From a virus: a DNA stretch of 40,668 nt. The translations under genes were made by a program, and so were the position numbers. The stretch is from positions 1-40,668 of IMG/VR virus record IMGVR_UViG_3300038306_000113; one strand, given 5' to 3'. Shown here piece by piece: positions 1 to 6,875 of the stretch. The first letter of the stretch is position 1; each line of letters starts with the position of its first letter. The notes below the pieces were generated by a model. The model saw only the letters and a list, made by a program, of their open reading frames with translations, did no database searches and was not told the DNA's origin.

Positions 1-127
1 AAGCAAACCTAAGCAAAGCCAAGCTAGAGTAGAGGAGATAAGAGTAGAGGAGAGGATAGAAGAGGGGAAGAAGGTCGCTCCCGCTCCCGACGCTCTCGCG
101 TCTGCTCTCACAGGACTTGAGCACAAG
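1..127. repeat. Contig-end direct repeat, left copy (identical to 40542-40668)
   Basis: Read directly: bases 1-127 (aagcaaacctaagcaaagcc...gacttgagcacaag) recur exactly as the last 127 bases. This implies a circle or terminal redundancy with 40541 bp of unique sequence. Confidence 0.95.
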
Positions 128-598
128 CCAGCTTGGATCATTGAACTGCTCACCGAGTACCGCGACCACCGTGTAGAACTCAAGGGCAAGAAGCAGGGTG
201 CCCTAACGTCCAAGGGCTGGAGGGCGAAAGCCACGCAGTTCGACAAGTTGGGAGAAGCCTCTGCGAGAGCCTGTGTGGAGTTGAGCGTGTCGAATGGATG
301 GTTGGGCCTCTTCCCCGAGAAAGTGCAGCACACGTCCGCTCAGACCCCTTCACGGGGAAGCTACTACAAGGGTGCCCCACTCAAGGCCACAGAACTCAAT
401 AGGATCGGCTCTGAGATACGGATGCGTTACGCGAAGAAGACCAACGACTTCATGCTTGCTGATGATGTTGCTTTGGATTTAGCTCGTGCCGACAACGACC
501 CCCAAGTCTGGGATCTCGATTGGCGATGCGGTCGCAGGAATGATCCCCCTCCCCTCAACACTAAGCCCTTGGAGATTAGCCATGAACCTCCCTTCTAG
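2..598 (+). CDS. C-terminal part of the junction-spanning DUF1376-like replication protein
   Basis: The frame is open from base 2 to TAG 596-598 and is in phase with the ORF exiting at 40668. The tail ...ACVELSVSNGWLGLFPEK resembles replisome-organiser C-termini. Confidence 0.65.
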   Translation, partial: SKPKQSQARVEEIRVEERIEEGKKVAPAPDALASALTGLEHKPAWIIELLTEYRDHRVELKGKKQGALTSKGWRAKATQFDKLGEASARACVELSVSNGWLGLFPEKVQHTSAQTPSRGSYYKGAPLKATELNRIGSEIRMRYAKKTNDFMLADDVALDLARADNDPQVWDLDWRCGRRNDPPPLNTKPLEISHEPPF

Positions 599-1181
599 AG
601 AGAGCCTTGCGGCCCTGTTCGCCACGGTCATGGAGTCCCGGTATGGGGCTCAAGAGTTTACGACAGCCACCCGAGAGGACTACGTTCGCGCTGCTATGGA
701 CACGGACCCCGTGGTCTTGCTTGAGGCGGCGTGGGAGTATTGGACGAAGGGCACCCACGGATTTAGGCCATCGCCTGGACAGCTCAGGGAGTTGGCTGGC
801 AAGTGGGTGCCCCCTTGCGCCCCGTATATCAGCCTTCGTGATGCCGTTGCCGTGGATTCCAAGAGTATATCCCCAGGGCTCCAAGCCCTTATCAATCGGT
901 TCGGTCCTGTCAAGTTCGGTCAAGCCCGCGGGCAAGTCTTGCCGTCTCACGAACGGGCGTGGGCCGAGGTGAATGGGGAGCACCGGACCTTTTGCTTTGC
1001 CAAGGCCCGTATGATCGAGCGCGACAATGCGCCCTGGAATAAGTCAGAGACAAAGGGGTTACACCTCGGGGGCGTTAGAGACGCGCTCTCAATCCCAGAA
1101 CGTAAAACCGAAACGTCCCAAGCGGTAATCGCTACCGGACTCGCACAGGAAATGTGCCTAACCTCTAAGGGGGAAAAGTGA
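582..1181 (+). CDS. Hypothetical protein of the replication module (199 aa)
   Basis: ATG 582 overlaps the end of the upstream gene. The ORF is open to TGA 1179-1181. I recognised no motif. Confidence 0.7.
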   Translation: MNLPSRESLAALFATVMESRYGAQEFTTATREDYVRAAMDTDPVVLLEAAWEYWTKGTHGFRPSPGQLRELAGKWVPPCAPYISLRDAVAVDSKSISPGLQALINRFGPVKFGQARGQVLPSHERAWAEVNGEHRTFCFAKARMIERDNAPWNKSETKGLHLGGVRDALSIPERKTETSQAVIATGLAQEMCLTSKGEK

Positions 1182-2143
1182 ATGAGCTATCTATATGTTC
1201 CGGGTATGGCGGAATCGGACTTGGACTCGAAATCGCAGTGCCGGCTACTCGCACCGTCTGTTTCGTGGAGAGGGAAGCTGCGAGCTGCGCCACTTTGGTT
1301 GCGAGGATGCAAGAGGGATCTCTGGCTGAAGCACCTATTTGGACAGACCTCACAACCTTCGACGGCAAGCCTTGGCGTGGAGCGGTGGATATCATCTCTG
1401 CTGGAATCCCGTGTCAGCCCTGGAGCCTCGCAGGAAAGCAAGCAGGATTTGAAGACGAGCGACACCTTGGCGAAGAACTCGTCAGGGTGGTTAGCGAAGT
1501 GGAGCCCCGATACGTCTTCGTTGAGAACGTCTCCGGGTTTGTACGACTCGGAGCCCCCGATCTTCTCGGGCGACTTTCCGAAATCGGGTTCGATGCGGAG
1601 TGGGGCCTTTTTTCGGCAGCGGGAGTCGGCGCAACTCATCGACGGCAACGGTTCTTCTTGCTGGCCTACCGCAACAGCGGGGGACTCGCGGAGGATTTCC
1701 GAGGGCAAGACCACGCTCTCAAGGGTTGTGGAAGCGAAGCAGTGGCCCACCCCGAATGCCCGCGACCACAAGGGGAGCCCGGACCCAGAGAACCGGGACC
1801 GCATGACGGGGCAACTAGACGAGGCGGCAGAGCGGCTTTTCCCCCAGGCCCCAACGGAGAATGGAGCGGAATCCCCGAAGAGTACCACCCAGCGGTGGCC
1901 CTCACCGCAGGCAAGCGACTGGAAGAACAAGTCGTGCAGCCGAGACACAGCACTAAGCAACGACAAGGCGATGCCAGAGTTTGCGAAGACCTGGAAGAAC
2001 CAGAAGCGCCTAAATCCCCGCTTCGTCGAGTGGCTAATGGGACTCCCGGACGGGTGGACCAGTTGCGGATGCTCGGAAACGGAGTTGTCCCGCTACAAGC
2101 GGCTTATGCGTTTCGCACTTTACTCCAACGAATCACCGACTAG
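1178..2143 (+). CDS. DNA (cytosine-5)-methyltransferase, frame A
   Basis: Motif I LSICSGYGGIGLG (1187-1225); motif IV GIPCQPWS (1403-1426); motif VI ENV (1523-1531); motif VIII HRRQRFFLLAY (1637-1669); motif X RVDQLRMLGNGVVP (2051-2092). GTG 1178 forms a GTGA overlap with the upstream stop. Confidence 0.8.
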   Translation: MNELSICSGYGGIGLGLEIAVPATRTVCFVEREAASCATLVARMQEGSLAEAPIWTDLTTFDGKPWRGAVDIISAGIPCQPWSLAGKQAGFEDERHLGEELVRVVSEVEPRYVFVENVSGFVRLGAPDLLGRLSEIGFDAEWGLFSAAGVGATHRRQRFFLLAYRNSGGLAEDFRGQDHALKGCGSEAVAHPECPRPQGEPGPREPGPHDGATRRGGRAAFPPGPNGEWSGIPEEYHPAVALTAGKRLEEQVVQPRHSTKQRQGDARVCEDLEEPEAPKSPLRRVANGTPGRVDQLRMLGNGVVPLQAAYAFRTLLQRITD

Positions 2144-2153
2144 CCATGAGTAA
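1182..2153 (+). CDS. Alternative-frame ORF (323 codons) fully overlapping the methyltransferase gene in +1 register. It carries the WPTP-type repeats and LNPRFVEWLMGLPDGWT. Its status is unresolved (see findings).
   Basis: ATG 1182 lies immediately after TGA 1179-1181 of the upstream gene. The frame is open to TAA 2151-2153. W-P-[TS]-[AP]-x-A-x-D occurs at 1662-1685, 1743-1766 and 1896-1919. LNPRFVEWLMGLPDGWT is at 2010-2060. Confidence 0.4.
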   Translation: MSYLYVPGMAESDLDSKSQCRLLAPSVSWRGKLRAAPLWLRGCKRDLWLKHLFGQTSQPSTASLGVERWISSLLESRVSPGASQESKQDLKTSDTLAKNSSGWLAKWSPDTSSLRTSPGLYDSEPPIFSGDFPKSGSMRSGAFFRQRESAQLIDGNGSSCWPTATAGDSRRISEGKTTLSRVVEAKQWPTPNARDHKGSPDPENRDRMTGQLDEAAERLFPQAPTENGAESPKSTTQRWPSPQASDWKNKSCSRDTALSNDKAMPEFAKTWKNQKRLNPRFVEWLMGLPDGWTSCGCSETELSRYKRLMRFALYSNESPTSHE

Positions 2154-2337
2154 AAACCCAACCGAAGACGGCGCGGCCACGCTCGTCATCTCTCTATCTG
2201 GCGGTCGAATCACGGCGACTCATTCCGATGGGGCTGTGCTCCTCTCGGCTGACGCCCCTGCGGGCATCTGGGACAAGCTGGTGGCCGTGCTCGTCGAAGA
2301 CTCCCTAAACCAAGTTGGACCCATGTGCCAGCCATGA
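2146..2337 (+). CDS. Hypothetical small protein (63 aa)
   Basis: ATG 2146 lies 2 nt after the methyltransferase stop. The ORF ends in an ATGA overlap with the next gene. Confidence 0.6.
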   Translation: MSKNPTEDGAATLVISLSGGRITATHSDGAVLLSADAPAGIWDKLVAVLVEDSLNQVGPMCQP

Positions 2338-3170
2338 GTAACCCCTATCTCCTAGAGCTTCCCGCTGTTGTCTCCTTCTCGGGAGGACGCACCTCTGGAT
2401 ACATGCTCCGCAAGATCCTAGATGCGCACGATGGACAACCCGAGGGGCTGGAGGTCTGCTTCCAGAACACGGGGCTCGAGCACCCCGCCACCTACGAGTT
2501 CGTGCGTGAAGTAGCCGAGAGGTGGGGCGTCCGCATTACCTGGCTCCAGTATTATGTCAACGTGGAAGGCGATCACGACTTCCACGAAGTGAACTTTGAC
2601 TCAGCCAGCAGGAATGGGGAGCCATTTACAGCCTTGATCGAGAAGAAGGGATACCTGCCCACGCCTGTGGCCCGCATCTGCACCACGAACTTGAAGATGC
2701 GGACGCTGGACCGCTACTTGAAAACTCTCACCACGCACCAAGACGGATACACCAATGCGGTGGGCTTGCGTTACGACGAGCCGCGCAGGGCGTTGAGGAT
2801 CAAGGCTGACAATGGGCGCGAGGACGTAGTGGTGCCCCTGTATCAGGCCAAGGCCACCGAGGCCGACGTTCTCGCCTTCTGGAAAGAGCAGGACTTTGAC
2901 TTGGACCTACCACTTACAGGCAACATGGCTGGCAACTGCGTGGGGTGCTTCCTGAAGGGGCGCGGAAAACTGGAGCATCTGACGGTTGAAATGCCAGAGC
3001 ATTTTACCTGGTGGCTGAACGCGGAGGCGAGCATGGTTGGGAGAGCAAGCAAACCATTCTTCCGACAAGACCGGCCTGGATACGCAGCTATGCTTGAGAC
3101 AGCCCGAACCCAAGGCCAGCTTTTCCCCATCGACGGGGAGGATACCGTGCCTTGCCTTTGCACCGACTAA
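2334..3170 (+). CDS. PP-loop ATP-pyrophosphatase superfamily enzyme, PAPS-reductase/DndC/QueC-like
   Basis: N-terminal VVSFSGGRTSGYML matches the SGGxxS PP-loop. Cys pairs are present: CVGC (about 2938-2949) and a C-terminal CLC. Starts at an ATGA overlap. Confidence 0.55.
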   Translation: MSNPYLLELPAVVSFSGGRTSGYMLRKILDAHDGQPEGLEVCFQNTGLEHPATYEFVREVAERWGVRITWLQYYVNVEGDHDFHEVNFDSASRNGEPFTALIEKKGYLPTPVARICTTNLKMRTLDRYLKTLTTHQDGYTNAVGLRYDEPRRALRIKADNGREDVVVPLYQAKATEADVLAFWKEQDFDLDLPLTGNMAGNCVGCFLKGRGKLEHLTVEMPEHFTWWLNAEASMVGRASKPFFRQDRPGYAAMLETARTQGQLFPIDGEDTVPCLCTD

Positions 3171-3172
3171 CC

Positions 3173-3556
3173 ATGAGTAAAAAACTATTCGATGACCCCC
3201 GCAAGGCGGTCCAGGTTCTGCACCGGATACTTCGGGGCCAACGAGTCTCCCAAAAAATGGTGCGCTCGGCCCTCGCTAACATCTACGGCGACTCCGATCC
3301 TGAACTGGCGACCCCCGTGTTCACCGAGCACGATGTCCTCCTGGCGTTTGCTTCCCTCTGCGAAGAGATGGATGACCGGCCCGCGATCCACGATGTGGCA
3401 GCTCGGGTGGGGTTTGCGAACTCCACAACATCCTGCAAACTCGCCAGCCTTGAGCGGAAGGGCTTCCTCGGCAGGCACGTCAAGCTGGCCCAAGTTCCCC
3501 GCAACTACAAGCTAACCGCCAAGGGGCTCGAGTACATTGCGAACAACACCGAATGA
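3173..3556 (+). CDS. Winged-helix (MarR-like) DNA-binding protein
   Basis: IHDVAARVGFANSTTSCKLASLERKGFLGRHVKL looks like an HTH followed by a wing. ATG 3173 lies in a CCATGAGTAA context. Confidence 0.5.
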   Translation: MSKKLFDDPRKAVQVLHRILRGQRVSQKMVRSALANIYGDSDPELATPVFTEHDVLLAFASLCEEMDDRPAIHDVAARVGFANSTTSCKLASLERKGFLGRHVKLAQVPRNYKLTAKGLEYIANNTE

Positions 3557-3771
3557 CAGCGACTCGCCCATACCACCTGTACTACCGCCAAAGCGGAGGC
3601 TCCGTCAAAAAAATATGGGCCTCATACTCCAATCCAAAAATGAGACGTAGAGCATACGACCGACTGATCTTACTTGTAGAACACCGCGAAGCTCGGCGGG
3701 CTTTTATCGACCCGCATGACGAGGAGCAAAGGGACAAGTACCACGCTATGCTTAGGGGGTTGGGGAAATGA
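3553..3771 (+). CDS. Hypothetical protein (72 aa)
   Basis: ATGA overlaps at both ends. Confidence 0.6.
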   Translation: MTATRPYHLYYRQSGGSVKKIWASYSNPKMRRRAYDRLILLVEHREARRAFIDPHDEEQRDKYHAMLRGLGK

Positions 3772-4262
3772 GGTACATCTACATTGGCCTCGACCCTGGG
3801 AGTACGGGGGCTATGGCGGCAGTCAACAACGAAGGCGAGCTACTAGAGTGGGGCCGCTTTCCCCTGGTCAAAGTTGGCAACAAGAAGGTGCTGGACATTC
3901 AAGGCATCTCCGTCTGGATAGAGGAGAGGGGCATCAACATGGGTGTCCGCGTCACCGTCGAGAAGGTTCACGCCATGCCGGGGCAGGGAGTCACCTCGAT
4001 GTTTTCCTTTGGTCGGTCCTTTGGTATTCTCGAAGGCATCGTTATCTCTCAAAACCTCCCCATCCAGTACGCTGCCCCTCAAGCGTGGCAGAAGGTTATG
4101 TTAGCCGGGAAGCCAAGGGGGAAGGGCGCGACAAAAACCTCCGCTGTCGCTGCCGCCTGCGAACTCTGGCCCCAGCTTCACAAGACGCTGAAGGTCAAGG
4201 CCGCATGGGGTGTTGCTGACGCTGCCCTGATTGCAGAGTATGGACGGAGGATGTGGGCATGA
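3768..4262 (+). CDS. RuvC-like Holliday junction resolvase
   Basis: IGLDPGSTGAMAAV (first catalytic Asp), VEKVHAMPGQG...SFGRSFGILEGI and a C-terminal DAALIAEYG. The order matches the RuvC fold. Confidence 0.6.
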   Translation: MRYIYIGLDPGSTGAMAAVNNEGELLEWGRFPLVKVGNKKVLDIQGISVWIEERGINMGVRVTVEKVHAMPGQGVTSMFSFGRSFGILEGIVISQNLPIQYAAPQAWQKVMLAGKPRGKGATKTSAVAAACELWPQLHKTLKVKAAWGVADAALIAEYGRRMWA

Positions 4263-4477
4263 GCGACTTCCCATTCTACGAGGCGCACCTAAAATGGCTA
4301 CAGATGGGCGCTCTAGAGCCCACCTTCTGTGATTGGTGGCATCAGCGGGGGCTTTGCAACCCCGTGTATCTAGAACTCCTGGAGGGCAAAATGAGCAACC
4401 TCAACGAGTCCCTAGCCGATGACTTTGAAGCTTCCCTATGGGCACCAGCCTCGCAATCACCGATGGGGGAAGCATGA
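4259..4477 (+). CDS. Hypothetical protein (72 aa)
   Basis: ATG 4259 forms an ATGA overlap with the RuvC-like stop. Confidence 0.55.
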   Translation: MSDFPFYEAHLKWLQMGALEPTFCDWWHQRGLCNPVYLELLEGKMSNLNESLADDFEASLWAPASQSPMGEA

Positions 4478-4508
4478 AGTACGGCTCGCATAATCCCCGA
4501 CCGCCGCT

Positions 4509-4868
4509 ATGAAGCGTAGCCCACTAAAACGCGGGACATCACAGCTCAAGCGGTCCCGGCTCAAGAGGCAGAGCGCCAAGCGACGAGGCGAGGCAAAGAC
4601 GTGGGCCGTCCAGCGCAACCGCGCATTAGACAGAGCCAAGATGCGCTGCCAGGAGTGCGGGTATGCAAGCCAACTAGACACACACCTCGACCTAGAGGTT
4701 CACCACCTGTGCTCACGAGCCCGCGGGGTTGGTCACGTTCTCCTGCATTGCGAGGAGAACCTTCGCGTCCTCTGCCTCACATGTCACAAGGATGCCCATG
4801 AAGGGCGACTCCCGCACCTAATCGAAAGCCGAGACTTCCTAAACTACCTACCCACCGAGACATCATGA
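4509..4868 (+). CDS. HNH endonuclease
   Basis: CQECGY...LEVHHL...NLRVLCLTCHKDAH matches the HNH beta-beta-alpha metal finger. Confidence 0.75.
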   Translation: MKRSPLKRGTSQLKRSRLKRQSAKRRGEAKTWAVQRNRALDRAKMRCQECGYASQLDTHLDLEVHHLCSRARGVGHVLLHCEENLRVLCLTCHKDAHEGRLPHLIESRDFLNYLPTETS

Positions 4869-5194
4869 CCGACAAGCAAGACAACGTGCGCGACCTAATG
4901 CGCAAGCACACCAAAGAAGCCATCAACATGCGAGCCCACGCTCTAGAGGGGCTATGCAAAGCCTACGTTGATGAACACCAAGTCGATCCGCAAGATTGCG
5001 TACTGATCGAGCAGGACTGTGGGGACGGTACGCGAAAGTGGTGGATCCAGTTCGACCCCCATCGCAACCGACAAGCGGAAGCCGTCGATGAGTGCCGCCG
5101 CGTCATGTCTATGGCTAGTTCTGAAGAGGAGCGAGCGCACGCGCTTGTGAATCTCTCTAACGAAACCCGCATTCTGAAGGGGATGGACCGATGA
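4865..5194 (+). CDS. Hypothetical protein (109 aa)
   Basis: ATGA overlaps at both ends. Confidence 0.6.
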   Translation: MTDKQDNVRDLMRKHTKEAINMRAHALEGLCKAYVDEHQVDPQDCVLIEQDCGDGTRKWWIQFDPHRNRQAEAVDECRRVMSMASSEEERAHALVNLSNETRILKGMDR

Positions 5195-5343
5195 GCGACA
5201 AATCAGACGCCGCCGCCCTCGAGCGGATGACAACCATGATGCTAGATGCGGAGGCTCACAAACAGAGGGAGCGCACGTTCGTTGAGAACGAGTTCGCCGG
5301 CATCGCTAACCAACTTGAAGAGGAAAAGAATGAGCCGAACTAA
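5191..5343 (+). CDS. Hypothetical small protein (50 aa; below the ORF-track cutoff)
   Basis: Hand translation: MSDKSDAAALERMTTMMLDAEAHKQRERTFVENEFAGIANQLEEEKNEPN. ATGA-coupled to the upstream gene. Confidence 0.45.
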   Translation: MSDKSDAAALERMTTMMLDAEAHKQRERTFVENEFAGIANQLEEEKNEPN

Positions 5344-5497
5344 AGATGAGATCCTGAAGTCCATGACCGACCACCGCACCACGATCCAGGTTGCCCTGCT
5401 AGACCTAAGCTTCGATACGCTTGAGCTGGCAAGGATGACCCCCGAAGATCCCCCGGAGGATGAGCGGCTGGTCGAGGACAAACCCCATGTGCAGTAG
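5330..5497 (+). CDS. Hypothetical small protein (55 aa)
   Basis: ATG 5330 (MSRTKDEILK...) overlaps the end of the previous small ORF. Confidence 0.45.
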   Translation: MSRTKDEILKSMTDHRTTIQVALLDLSFDTLELARMTPEDPPEDERLVEDKPHVQ

Positions 5498-5500
5498 CCC

Positions 5501-5731
5501 ATGAAGAGGAGGAAGGCCAAGACCTGGAGAGACTTCCCACTCCTCCCTATTCAACGATGCCCGGAGTGCCGCAAAGTATTCCCCGACCTCATCAAGGTGG
5601 GAGAATCGTGGCGTAGACCCGCCAAGAAAAAGCACTGCTCTAGGGACTGTGCCCGCGACTCCACAAGGGTCGGGTCCGAGAGTTGGTTCAAGCGGCACCG
5701 GCCACACCTAAACTACACGGACTTCGTTTGA
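5501..5731 (+). CDS. Small basic protein with a zinc-ribbon-like motif
   Basis: CPEC...(about 24 aa)...CSRDC and lysine/arginine-rich. It is the last gene of the rightward block. Confidence 0.5.
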   Translation: MKRRKAKTWRDFPLLPIQRCPECRKVFPDLIKVGESWRRPAKKKHCSRDCARDSTRVGSESWFKRHRPHLNYTDFV

Positions 5732-5735
5732 GTTG

Positions 5736-5767
5736 TCCCGCCCCAGCAATCGAACGCTGAGGCGGGA
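5736..5767. terminator. Weak hairpin between the convergent blocks
   Basis: tcccgcc (5736-5742) pairs with ggcggga (5761-5767) around an 18-nt loop. It lies between the + block end (5731) and the - block end (5773). Confidence 0.2.
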
Positions 5768-5772
5768 TCTCG

Positions 5773-6051
5773 TTACGCTTTCTCTTTTTTGCGGCGAGCC
5801 GCGGCTGCAATAGCTGAAGCGGCACCGGCAAGCATTAGGCCGAGAAGGGGGTTGCCCGTGACCGTGGAGACTGTAGCCCCAGCCGTATCTCCAAAGGATT
5901 CGGCGTTGTCCGCGATGATGTCACCCACCGTGGTCGTGGTAGCCTCGTCAGTCACCGGATCAACCGCCACGACCTCGGCACCCAAGAAGGGGTCGAGGGC
6001 GGCACAGGAGCCCAGAGAGAGCGCGAGAGCCAGCAGTAGGGCGCGGCTCAT
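5773..6051 (-). CDS. Unimolecular-spanin-like protein: N-terminal lipoprotein signal plus C-terminal transmembrane anchor (92 aa)
   Basis: MSRALLLALALSLGSC (lipobox-like LGSC) at the N-terminus. The C-terminus is GNPLLGLMLAGAASAIAAAARRKKEKA. ATGA-coupled to the upstream membrane protein. Confidence 0.4.
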   Translation of the reverse strand: MSRALLLALALSLGSCAALDPFLGAEVVAVDPVTDEATTTTVGDIIADNAESFGDTAGATVSTVTGNPLLGLMLAGAASAIAAAARRKKEKA

Positions 6052-6254
6052 GACTTCGACCTTGCGCGGGCCACAGCGTAACCAGCGACTGCTACGCCGA
6101 GGGATGCGATGGCGGTAGCCTGGACCATAGGATCGTAAGATCCCTCCACGATGTGCCCGCAAAGGGCCGTGAATACGGAGATGAGAACGCCTTCCGACGT
6201 TTTGAATAGCGAGCCGGTGGATACCACAGGTCGCTTGGTTTCTTTAGATGTCAT
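6048..6254 (-). CDS. Holin-like protein with two transmembrane segments (68 aa)
   Basis: Hydrophobic segments GVLISVFTALCGHIV and MVQATAIASLGVAVAGYAVA, with a charged tail RARSKS. SD GAAGGAAAC lies upstream. Confidence 0.4.
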   Translation of the reverse strand: MTSKETKRPVVSTGSLFKTSEGVLISVFTALCGHIVEGSYDPMVQATAIASLGVAVAGYAVARARSKS

Positions 6255-6294
6255 AGTTAGTTTCCTTCGGGGTAATGGTTTGGCGGTGTTGCGG

Positions 6295-6450
6295 TTAGGC
6301 TCTGCCGCGAAAGATGAGTGTAAGGGCCGTGACCGACCCAGCTAGGGCTAGTAGCCCGCCACCAGCGTAGTGCCCTTGCGAGGCGGTATATGCCGAGGCA
6401 GATAGGAGGGCAAGGGCGACTGCCCCAACCCTGGTAGGTGTGGACTTCAC
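6295..6450 (-). CDS. Small membrane protein with two transmembrane segments (51 aa from GTG 6450)
   Basis: VGAVALALLSASAYTA and GGLLALAGSVTALTLIF. GTGA overlap with the upstream stop. Confidence 0.4.
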   Translation of the reverse strand: MKSTPTRVGAVALALLSASAYTASQGHYAGGGLLALAGSVTALTLIFRGRA

Positions 6451-6875
6451 GATACGACTCCAGATAAGACGGTTATGGTTGTGCCTATAGCGACCGCGGA
6501 AGCTGCCCCAAGAATCCATTTGATTATCCGGGTTGTCTCTTCCTGTTGCAGCCTCAGCCTGTCCCTCGAGAGTCGGGCGTCGGCGTTGTTTTTGTCCTGC
6601 AACTGTAGCGATGCGAGAAGATCCTTCACCTCCTGACGCTGGGCGGCTAGACCTTTGTAGTAGTCCTTCTTCAAGTGCTGGACTTCCTGCTCTAATAGCT
6701 CCGTCTGCATTCGGATTGATGTGATAACAGAGTCCACACCATGTAGCTTCTCCCGGTGGGAGTCGGACATCTTCTCGAGGGCGGATAGGCGTTGGTCTTG
6801 CACTTCTTTCACGGGGGTATAAAAGGGGGTGGGGCTGGGTTCTTGTGGGCTTGGCTTACTTGTCGCCACGGGCAT
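6447..6875 (-). CDS. Coiled-coil protein with a C-terminal transmembrane segment. The start is uncertain (6875 or 6887).
   Basis: A heptad-like central region (LLEQEVQHLKKDYYKGLAAQRQEVKDLLASLQ) and a C-terminal IIKWILGAASAVAIGTTITVLSGVV. Confidence 0.55.
   Translation of the reverse strand: MPVATSKPSPQEPSPTPFYTPVKEVQDQRLSALEKMSDSHREKLHGVDSVITSIRMQTELLEQEVQHLKKDYYKGLAAQRQEVKDLLASLQLQDKNNADARLSRDRLRLQQEETTRIIKWILGAASAVAIGTTITVLSGVVS

Noticed and set aside
1187-1966. A 259-aa minus-strand ORF antisense to the methyltransferase locus.
   Set aside because: I recognised no motif and the composition is low-complexity. It is probably a by-product of the stop-poor composition of this segment. I note it because three frames are open here.
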